Notes under the pieces: model-generated
The model's database searches: none
What the model saw: only the letters and a program-made list of their open reading frames with translations
Told to the model about the DNA's origin: nothing
Shown here: piece after piece, positions 54,434 through 61,824 of the stretch
Layout of the letters: the number at the start of each line of letters is the position of its first letter
Numbering within the stretch: the first letter of the stretch is position 1
Assembly: GCA_043819495.1 (NCBI GenBank)
Contig: JBDRET010000061.1
Span: 1-61,824 of the forward strand
DNA length: 61,824 nucleotides
Reading direction: 5' to 3'
Source of the DNA: Candidatus Woesearchaeota archaeon
GTDB lineage: Archaea > Nanobdellota > Nanobdellia > Woesearchaeales > UBA11576
Translations under genes and position numbers: made by a program

Positions 54434-54589
54434 ATGAAATGCGACATATGCAAGAAAAAGATTGGCGAGACATTCCTCAATAAACCGATCGGCACCTATG
54501 TGAAAGATGAAAAAGGCAAGAAGCATACAGTATGCGATGAGTGTCAAAGAAAGTTAGGGAAAAAAGAGGAGATACTGAAACATTTTTGA
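54434..54589 (+). CDS. 51-aa zinc-ribbon protein (hypothetical)
   Basis: MKCDICKKKIGETFLNKPIGTYVKDEKGKKHTVCDECQRKLGKKEEILKHF. The stop lies 1 nt before tRNA-Thr. Confidence 0.45.
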   Translation: MKCDICKKKIGETFLNKPIGTYVKDEKGKKHTVCDECQRKLGKKEEILKHF

Positions 54590-54590
54590 T

Positions 54591-54662
54591 GCCTCTGTGG
54601 CTTAGTCGTATAGCGATTGCCTCGTAAGCAATAGGTCGGGGGTTCAAATCCCCCCGGAGGCT
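54591..54662 (+). tRNA. tRNA-Thr(CGU)
   Basis: GCCTCTG-TG-GCTT-AGTCGTA-TAGC-G-ATTGC-CTCGTAA-GCAAT-AGGTC-GGGGG-TTCAAAT-CCCCC-CGGAGGC-T. Confidence 0.9.
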
Positions 54663-54665
54663 TTA

Positions 54666-56423
54666 ATGACAAGAATAGCAATAGTAAAACGCAAGGAATG
54701 CAGCCCTATCGGATGCGGAGACTATCTCTGTGCAAAGGTCTGCCCTGTCAACAGGAAAGGTGAAGATTGCATCAAGCCTTCCCCCGTAGATAGCAAGGCA
54801 CAGATAGATGAAAAACTCTGCATAGGCTGCGGAATATGCCCTAACAGATGCCCATATGGCGCGATAGACATCATCAACCTCCCTGAAGAGCTCAAACAGG
54901 AGCCGATACACAGGTATGGCGAGAACGGTTTTGCACTGTACTCTCTCCCGACACCGATGTTCGGCAAAGTCGTAGGCGTCCTTGGAGTCAATGGGATCGG
55001 CAAATCAACAGCGATCAAGATAGTATCAGGAGTGCTCAAACCAAATCTCGGAAGAACTGAAGGTGATGCAAGCCATGAAGAGATGATAAATTTCTTCAAA
55101 GGCACTGAAGCCCAGAACTTCTTCGAGAAAGTACGTGATGGCGCAATAAGGATATCATACAAGCCGCAAAGCGTAGATAGTATACCCAAACAATTTTCAG
55201 GTACTGTCCGCGAACTGCTGAAGAAAGCAGACCAGAAAGGGATATTCGACAGTATAGTTGATTCTCTTGAACTTACAAAGATACTCGACAGCGAAATAAA
55301 GAGCATATCCGGCGGAGAGCTTCAGAGAGTCGCCATCGCAGCGACAGTCATGAAAGACGCAAACCTGTATGTCTTTGACGAACCTACCAGCTATCTTGAC
55401 ATCAAACAGAGGATAAAAGTCAGCAAGTTCATCAAGGAGCTTGCAGATGCGAACACTGCAGTGCTCGTCATAGAGCATGACCTCATAATACTCGATTACA
55501 TAACAGACCTTGTCCACATAATGTACGGAAAAGAAGGGGGATTTGGAGTGGTGAGCCAGCCCAAGACCTCACGTGTCGGAATAAACATATTTCTCGAAGG
55601 TTATTTGCGTGAAGAAAATGTCAGGTTCCGGGACTACAAGATACAGTTTGCAGCAAAACCTCCTGTACAGAAAGAAGGCAAAGATGTCCAGTGCAACTGG
55701 AAAGATGTAACGAAGAAGCTTGGCAATTTCACACTCTCTGCTATAGAGGGTGAAGTGCACAAGAATGACGTGATAGGAATACTCGGAGAGAACGGGATAG
55801 GAAAGACAAGCTTTGTCAAGATACTTACAGGGGAGATAAAACCTGATTCTGGTGAAGTCAATGAGAAGATCAAAGTATCATATAAACCACAGTATCTTGA
55901 AGTCAGCGATGATATCGTCATGAACCTACTGGGAGAGGCTGTCGAAAAATATGAGAACCAGATAATAAATCCTCTGAACATACAGCCACTGCTCCTTAAA
56001 CGAGTCGATGAGCTTAGCGGAGGAGAGCTGCAGCGGGTGTCGATAGCACTCTGCCTGTCAAAAAAAGCAGACCTCTACCTGATGGATGAACCATCAGCAT
56101 ACCTTGACGTCGAACAGAGGATAAGAGTGTCTAAAATAATCGCAGACATCATGGAGAAGAGAGGGACATCAGCGATGGTCGTAGACCACGATCTCCTATT
56201 CATCGATTACCTGTCAAAGAAGATCACTGTATTTGAAGGTGAGCCAGCAGTCCATGGTAAGGTTACAGGACCGTTCAGCATGCAGGACGGGATGAATCAC
56301 TTTTTAAGAGATTTAGGAATAACTCTTCGCCGCGACGAGGAGAGCCTTAGGCCTCGTATCAATAAACCTGGATCGGTGAAAGATAGAGAACAGAGAAGTG
56401 CAAATAAGCTATATTATGTTTGA
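54666..56423 (+). CDS. abce1: ABCE1 / RNase L inhibitor-type ribosome recycling ATPase
   Basis: N-terminal 2x[4Fe-4S] (CGDYLCAKVCP, CIGCGICPNRCP), twin ABC cassettes (GVNGIGKST, GENGIGKTS) and LSGGELQR twice. Confidence 0.95.
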   Translation: MTRIAIVKRKECSPIGCGDYLCAKVCPVNRKGEDCIKPSPVDSKAQIDEKLCIGCGICPNRCPYGAIDIINLPEELKQEPIHRYGENGFALYSLPTPMFGKVVGVLGVNGIGKSTAIKIVSGVLKPNLGRTEGDASHEEMINFFKGTEAQNFFEKVRDGAIRISYKPQSVDSIPKQFSGTVRELLKKADQKGIFDSIVDSLELTKILDSEIKSISGGELQRVAIAATVMKDANLYVFDEPTSYLDIKQRIKVSKFIKELADANTAVLVIEHDLIILDYITDLVHIMYGKEGGFGVVSQPKTSRVGINIFLEGYLREENVRFRDYKIQFAAKPPVQKEGKDVQCNWKDVTKKLGNFTLSAIEGEVHKNDVIGILGENGIGKTSFVKILTGEIKPDSGEVNEKIKVSYKPQYLEVSDDIVMNLLGEAVEKYENQIINPLNIQPLLLKRVDELSGGELQRVSIALCLSKKADLYLMDEPSAYLDVEQRIRVSKIIADIMEKRGTSAMVVDHDLLFIDYLSKKITVFEGEPAVHGKVTGPFSMQDGMNHFLRDLGITLRRDEESLRPRINKPGSVKDREQRSANKLYYV

Positions 56424-56592
56424 GATCGGCGTCATTCTTAATTTATGGATCATCTCTGATTGAAAAAGAACATCTGAAAATGATCAATAGCGCATTTGTT
56501 TAGCTTTGACCAGGCAGCACCACGCTGCTGTCTTGCTAGATAGATATCTGATTCCGAAATGTTATTAAATCACCCGCATTTATCCTGAATCC

Positions 56593-58716
56593 ATGCCAAA
56601 TGGTAAAGAGCTTGAGTATCTATCTGTCCTAAAAGCACTGGACGAAATACCTTTTGGTATCGGGAAGAAACTTCTGATCGAGTTTTTACAGGGAAAAAAG
56701 AATAATGAATCAATTGTCCGGAACAAGCTCCATCTCAAGCAGAATTTTGGCAGCATGGCCTATGAGAACGATGAACTGAACGATATCATAGATAATCTCA
56801 TCATGAATGATATGATCCAATTGGCCTCTTTGAACAGCAACAAATTCTGGAAAGTCATGGAACTGAGCCCAAAAGGAAAAAAAGAGATATGTACCCCTTC
56901 ATTGTACAAAAGAAAACTAGCGTATAATTTCAAAGAGACAAAGACACTCGTGACAGAAGAAGACAAAAGACTGTTCAATCATTTTGAGGATATCCTCTCT
57001 GGATATGATGACGCGCAGAAGAAATCCATAATAAGCAACAAGAAGCACATACTGTGCCTGGCAGGGGCAGGATCAGGGAAGACTACAGTGCTTACAAAAA
57101 GAATAGAGTTTCTTATGAAGTACCGGTCTGTAGATCCTGGCAGGATACTTGCCATAACATTCACCCGAAAAGCACGGCAGGAGATGATGCGACGACTTGG
57201 TGACACAGCTCCGGTAAAAGTGGAGACATTCAACTCCTTCTGCGAGAAGATATTGAGGCAGCACAATGATCAAGCATATGATAAACCTGTAAGGGTCATC
57301 GACTATAGGGACCGGATCCTGATGATCAAAAAAGCACTGTCCAAACTTAATATCGATATCCGGGCAGCAATAAACATCTATTTCAGCAGTGCGCAGCAAA
57401 GGACAAAGACAGAAGAGCAACTGATAAACATATTCATGAATGACTGTTTCTTCCTCAGGGATTACTTCAAGTTCAAGAACAAGCCAATCGATGAGACTTC
57501 ATTTGATATTGGCGATGCAGGACATGAAAAAAGCGTGAAAATGGTCATTGGTATATGTAAGCATATCGAGGCAAATATGAAAAAGCACGGCCTGAGAGAC
57601 TTTGCTGACCAGCTGGTCGACACCATAAACCTATTTGAAGGACACAAAAATCTGATACCGCAGTTCGACCACATACTCATAGATGAATACCAGGATGTCA
57701 ATTCAACACAGATACATCTTGTAGACCTGCTCTCCCCAGAAAATGTATTCTGTGTCGGGGATCCGCGACAGTCAATATACGGATGGAGAGGATCGGATAT
57801 AAGATACATACTCAATTTCAAAGACAAGTATCCAGACTGTGAGATGATCACGCTGACAAAAAATTATCGGTCGACCAGACACATAGTAGAGCTGATAAAT
57901 GACTCGATAAAGAATATGAGACTGGCAGACCTCGAATCATCAGTGGAGGAGAAAGAGGACTCAAAAGACATCAAACTGCTGAAATTCAATTCAGAAGACG
58001 CTGAGTTTGAATTCGTGATACAGATGATACTAGCGTCAGATGTGCCACGCAATGAGATATTCGTGCTTGCAAGGACCAACAGGCAACTGAACGAACTCTC
58101 GCAGATCATGAAAATTAGAGGGATAAGCCACGTCGTAAGGAATGATGAGATGCGAAAGAAGGTCATCGCGGGAGAGAATGATGTCACCCTTGCGACAATA
58201 CACGCAATCAAGGGAATGGAAGCTGACAAGGTGTTTGTAATCGGCTGCACCAGCACAAGTTTTCCCTGCAAGGGAAGTGAGCACCCTGTAATCGACATGG
58301 TCAAGATTGAAGAATATGACAAGGAAGAAGAGGAAAGAAGACTCTTATATGTCGCGATGAGCAGGGCAAAGAAAAACCTGTGCATGACATATACCGGTAA
58401 TAAGCATACCAGCTTCATAACAGACAACATGCTCAATATACTCGACGAAAAGACCATCGAAGTAAAGCCTCAGGAAAGATCAAGGGCTGTTCCAGGCCAG
58501 TCAGGCAGCAATCTTATGGCGCGCCTGAAGGAATGGAGAAATGAGACAAGCAAGATGCTGGGCGTTCCTGCATTCATGATAATGCATGACCGGACACTGA
58601 TAGATATAGCGCAGAAAACCCCTCTAACAGTCAAAGACCTAGAAGACATACACGGACTCGGCCCTACGAAGATAATGAAATATGGGGAAGATATATTGAG
58701 TCTCGTGAGCGTGTGA
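56593..58716 (+). CDS. UvrD/PcrA-family helicase with an N-terminal winged-helix and a C-terminal HRDC domain
   Basis: Walker A LAGAGSGKTTVL, DEYQD box (LIDEYQDVN), TIHAIKGMEAD, and a C-terminal LKEWRNETSKMLGVPAFMIMHDRTLIDIA...GLGPTKIMKYG (HRDC). Confidence 0.85.
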   Translation: MPNGKELEYLSVLKALDEIPFGIGKKLLIEFLQGKKNNESIVRNKLHLKQNFGSMAYENDELNDIIDNLIMNDMIQLASLNSNKFWKVMELSPKGKKEICTPSLYKRKLAYNFKETKTLVTEEDKRLFNHFEDILSGYDDAQKKSIISNKKHILCLAGAGSGKTTVLTKRIEFLMKYRSVDPGRILAITFTRKARQEMMRRLGDTAPVKVETFNSFCEKILRQHNDQAYDKPVRVIDYRDRILMIKKALSKLNIDIRAAINIYFSSAQQRTKTEEQLINIFMNDCFFLRDYFKFKNKPIDETSFDIGDAGHEKSVKMVIGICKHIEANMKKHGLRDFADQLVDTINLFEGHKNLIPQFDHILIDEYQDVNSTQIHLVDLLSPENVFCVGDPRQSIYGWRGSDIRYILNFKDKYPDCEMITLTKNYRSTRHIVELINDSIKNMRLADLESSVEEKEDSKDIKLLKFNSEDAEFEFVIQMILASDVPRNEIFVLARTNRQLNELSQIMKIRGISHVVRNDEMRKKVIAGENDVTLATIHAIKGMEADKVFVIGCTSTSFPCKGSEHPVIDMVKIEEYDKEEEERRLLYVAMSRAKKNLCMTYTGNKHTSFITDNMLNILDEKTIEVKPQERSRAVPGQSGSNLMARLKEWRNETSKMLGVPAFMIMHDRTLIDIAQKTPLTVKDLEDIHGLGPTKIMKYGEDILSLVSV

Positions 58717-58752
58717 ATATATCATAGCAAGGCCAGGCTCATATGACCGTCA

Positions 58753-59175
58753 CTAATTCTTATGGAAGACCATATCAGCTATCTGCACCTTGACATCATG
58801 TGACAGTTCCTTTGCATGATACTCCTTGTTATGCGCCTGCTCTTTGGTTGGCAGGTGTATCGGTTCTCCCCAATCAGGATCAGACTCCCATCTCGGATAG
58901 ATATGGCCGTGCACGTGGCGCACCCAGTTGCCATTTATCTGCCAGTTGATTATGTCTGGACGCAGGACTTCCTGGATTGCCTTGCCTACCTTTATCCATG
59001 CATCCATGAGACTACCTGCCTCTTCTGTTGAAAGATCAGTAAGATTAGCAGCATGCCGCTTGAGAATGACCTTGACATGGCCCTTAACATAAGGAGAACC
59101 CCATACGGCGACAGCATGAGCATTCTCGTATATCTTGGCGTAATGCTTATCCCATTCACAGAATTTGCATTTCAT
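58753..59175 (-). CDS. HIT-superfamily hydrolase (complete triad)
   Basis: CKFCEW...KGHVKVILKRH...RHVHGHIYPRW. Confidence 0.8.
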   Translation of the reverse strand: MKCKFCEWDKHYAKIYENAHAVAVWGSPYVKGHVKVILKRHAANLTDLSTEEAGSLMDAWIKVGKAIQEVLRPDIINWQINGNWVRHVHGHIYPRWESDPDWGEPIHLPTKEQAHNKEYHAKELSHDVKVQIADMVFHKN

Positions 59176-59176
59176 A

Positions 59177-59767
59177 TTACCACAACTCCTTCCTGAGTTT
59201 ACTGAGCTCTTTATTGAAGATGTCCATCTCTTTCTTTGTCATGGTCTTAGGTTTGAACTTATCATCTTTCAACGGTATCACTGGAGGGTTGCCCCAGTCA
59301 TCGTCTTTCTTGAATCTTGGGTATACATTCCAGTGGATGTGGTGATCCCAGTTGCTCAGGTATTCAAGATTGAATATATCCGGCTTTATTGCCTTACCCA
59401 GAGCCTTCATGACATGTATAGTATCATTCATGAAAGAATCCAATGTCTTCTCGTGGAGCTTCAGAAGATCCTCCTCATGCGCCTTAGGCATTATCACAAG
59501 ATGTCCTTTATGGTGAAGCCTGCCAAACATCACGACAAGATGATCGTTCTCTAGTATAAGATCCTTCTTTGCCTTTATATTCCTGCAGAACTTACATTCA
59601 GGATGAGCATGAGGGTGCTGATGCTCGTGTTTCATGTACTTGAAACGCGCATCGTTCACAGCAAGTTCGGTTATTTTTGTACTTTTTCTTGTTGTGCTCG
59701 TTCTTGTGCTCTTTTTTTTCGCTGTCAATATCATCACCCTGTTTTCCGTACTATTACCTGTAATCAT
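59177..59767 (-). CDS. HIT-superfamily protein with a basic, His-rich N-terminal extension
   Basis: HEHQHPHAHPECKFCRN...KGHLVIMPKAH...DHHIHWNVYPRF (HxHxN). The stop lies 1 nt before the next HIT start. Confidence 0.8.
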   Translation of the reverse strand: MITGNSTENRVMILTAKKKSTRTSTTRKSTKITELAVNDARFKYMKHEHQHPHAHPECKFCRNIKAKKDLILENDHLVVMFGRLHHKGHLVIMPKAHEEDLLKLHEKTLDSFMNDTIHVMKALGKAIKPDIFNLEYLSNWDHHIHWNVYPRFKKDDDWGNPPVIPLKDDKFKPKTMTKKEMDIFNKELSKLRKELW

Positions 59768-60564
59768 ATCTTCCTGCCAATAGTTATGAAACCTGAATGT
59801 ATCGTAGTCTTTGATTTAGGACGTACCTTACGCTTGTCGACTTCCCACTCGCGCTCTATGACCTCAACAGTCTTGAGATGCACAAAATCAGGAAGTTCTC
59901 TCATAGCATTGACAAAATCAGAGGTCTGTATTATCGTAGGAGAATATGATACCACAAAACCACCTTGCTTGAGCGCTTTTGATGCTGATGCAAGGGCTTC
60001 CCAAGGAGCAGGTAAGTCCATACATACGAGGTCAATATCCTTTTCAGATATACTATCATACATACTCTTGTTCTTGAACACTATATTCTTGAACCCGAGC
60101 GTCTCTGCATTCTCTTTTGCGATCGCCAGATGCTCTGGCTCAATCTCATAAGAGTAGACCTTCTTACAGCAGCGTGCAAGCATCAATGCAAGAGCGCCAG
60201 AACCAGAACCGCCTTCAACAACAGTAGATTCACTGCCGACGCCAGTCTGTGCCAGGATGTACCCTATATCCTTCATAGGGATGATCTGCGGTGCGCGCTT
60301 TATCCTCCTGTATAGGTCTATGAAAGAAGCATCAAAAATGCGGAACTCCTTATCCTGAGACGACTTCACCGTCCCTGTCTTCTTTAAGTCCGCCTTACTT
60401 ATGGAACCATACGTTGTAGCAAAATCCCTTGAGAAATCACTGACGTAAAGCTTTGATTCCTTTACGATAGATACCTCTCTTCCAAGGTCCTCAAAGTATT
60501 GCTTCTGCCCTTTTCGGACCAGTATCTTTGCATTAGGTATATTTGACTTAACCATAATGATCAC
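59764..60564 (-). CDS. trmI: tRNA (adenine57/58-N1)-methyltransferase TrmI
   Basis: KRAPQIIPMKDIGYILAQTGVGSESTVVEGGSGSGALALMLA...VYSYEIEPEH. Confidence 0.8.
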   Translation of the reverse strand: MIIMVKSNIPNAKILVRKGQKQYFEDLGREVSIVKESKLYVSDFSRDFATTYGSISKADLKKTGTVKSSQDKEFRIFDASFIDLYRRIKRAPQIIPMKDIGYILAQTGVGSESTVVEGGSGSGALALMLARCCKKVYSYEIEPEHLAIAKENAETLGFKNIVFKNKSMYDSISEKDIDLVCMDLPAPWEALASASKALKQGGFVVSYSPTIIQTSDFVNAMRELPDFVHLKTVEVIEREWEVDKRKVRPKSKTTIHSGFITIGRKI

Positions 60565-60572
60565 TCAGAGAA

Positions 60573-61824
60573 TCATCCTGCCCTTGCCTGCTGGAGTACC
60601 CAGTCCACAATGTCCTGTGGCCATCCTTTGTCAAGCAGTGCCTGCCTGACCTGTACATCTGTGAAACCAGAACTGAATGCATGGAACACATACTTCTGGA
60701 CCTCAAGCTCTTTCTGTCTGGACAGGGTCTTTGGCCTCTCCACTAGTATTGGCTTAGGTGGTGTTCGCTTGGCTTGTTCCTCCATCAACTGTCTTAAGTT
60801 AGGATCAGGTCTGGAGACTTCGGAAGAAGTTTCGGGTAAACCTTGAGTCTCCAAACCTGTCCTAGTTACAGTAGGGGGTTTTTCCAAGCGATGAAGCCTA
60901 ACCCGGTAAAGGGCCACGCCTCCCACTAGGAATATGACAAATATTATGCTTGCTAAGATTGTCCAGATATCGATAGGTGATTCTGGAAGCTCTATCTGCT
61001 GAGGTGTCCTTGGTTCTGGTTCAGTCACTGGTGGTGCAGTCGGTCTAGGTGCTACTGGTTGTGTCGGGAGACCTCCTGCAGCCTGACCTGTAGGTGATGC
61101 TCTGCTTACAGAACCTGGAGGTAATAGATCAAAGCTGAATCCTGGACGCTGTACAAGCTTGAATGTCAGCAGACCGAAATGATCAGAGACAAACATCTCT
61201 ACTGTGACTGACTGGCCTGTCGATGATGTAAGACCTAAAGTCTTGATGTCTCCTAAATTAATATCATACATGACATAAGTAGCAAGAGACTTCAACTGAA
61301 CCAAACCCGTCTTGACTGCAACGACCCTGAAATGATATTCTTCTCCACCATGCTGGACTATGAGCTCATTGCCCTGATAGACCTGGACTGAGGAACCGAC
61401 GACTGTAGGTGTGACATATAGTATTGCCGGACCGCCCATACCTCCGCCACCGCCACCACCGCCACCACCGGTGCCTCCTGTACCTCCCGTACTTGTTGGA
61501 CATGCACTGCAGAAGCCACCACAATCAGTAGCAGTTTCAGCATAATCCTGCACGCTATTGGCGCAATTATCTCTGGTAATCAGGAATGCTGAGAAGTTTG
61601 TGCTTGCAGCTGAATAAGCGCTTGATATCATCGTACAAGAAGATATGTCTGCAGTCTCATTCGACAGATCGAAATCACACTTGAATACTTTCGGAGCTGG
61701 AGCCAGACCTACTGAACTGTCAAAATCCAGAGTGTAAGGCATCCCCACCCACTGGTCGATATCAAATGCATAACCATACAAGACTTCGTATCTAGCATTT
61801 GCAGGATCAGCAGCCAATCTACTA
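60573..61824 (-). CDS. surface protein with a Gly-run, single TM helix and cytoplasmic tail; N-terminus probably beyond the window
   Basis: The frame stays open to the window end. Features include GGTGGTGGGGGGGGGGMGG, the TM helix IWTILASIIFVIFLVGGVALY, and a C-terminal LLDKGWPQDIVDWVL motif. Confidence 0.6.
   Translation of the reverse strand, partial: SRLAADPANARYEVLYGYAFDIDQWVGMPYTLDFDSSVGLAPAPKVFKCDFDLSNETADISSCTMISSAYSAASTNFSAFLITRDNCANSVQDYAETATDCGGFCSACPTSTGGTGGTGGGGGGGGGGMGGPAILYVTPTVVGSSVQVYQGNELIVQHGGEEYHFRVVAVKTGLVQLKSLATYVMYDINLGDIKTLGLTSSTGQSVTVEMFVSDHFGLLTFKLVQRPGFSFDLLPPGSVSRASPTGQAAGGLPTQPVAPRPTAPPVTEPEPRTPQQIELPESPIDIWTILASIIFVIFLVGGVALYRVRLHRLEKPPTVTRTGLETQGLPETSSEVSRPDPNLRQLMEEQAKRTPPKPILVERPKTLSRQKELEVQKYVFHAFSSGFTDVQVRQALLDKGWPQDIVDWVLQQARAG

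Overview
Archaeal chromosome segment, about 42% GC and densely packed with genes. The assignment rests on an archaeal ribosomal/RNA-polymerase operon (S13-S4-S11-RpoD-[tRNA-Leu]-L18e-L13-S9-RpoN), SRP (7S) RNA, RNase P RNA, FEN1, Hjc, EndA, ABCE1, NAC, Sec61-beta, RNase J/Z, and TTTAAATA-type TATA boxes about 25 nt upstream of start codons, which implies leaderless mRNAs. Bacterial-genre LeuRS, a lone gyrA, a lamin-tail-domain protein and many low-complexity protein tails suggest a small-genome (DPANN-like) lineage, but this is inference only. The window is rich in RNA-processing and tRNA-modification genes. I found no CRISPR array, cas genes, restriction-modification system or other recognisable complete defence system. 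The main items for follow-up are: (1) a 1.6-kb ORF-free, repeat-dense block at 15.3-16.9 kb, which may be a replication origin or a regulatory/ncRNA hub; (2) two tRNA genes with multiple introns, including well-formed bulge-helix-bulge introns in the T-loop at 59/60, one of them with an unresolved anticodon; (3) a decayed mobile island beside the SRP RNA gene carrying a HEPN-MNT module and, beyond the SRP RNA, an orphan protein with a RelA/SpoT-like motif; (4) a three-gene paralogous coiled-coil cluster whose first member has an N-terminal amphipathic helix and a proline-rich linker; (5) a solo TnpB and several families of hairpin or MITE-like repeats; (6) a voltage-sensor-only gene divergent from a K+ channel gene; and (7) two tandem pairs of HIT genes, one member lacking the nucleophile histidine. 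All functional calls come from reading motifs by eye. No database search was run.
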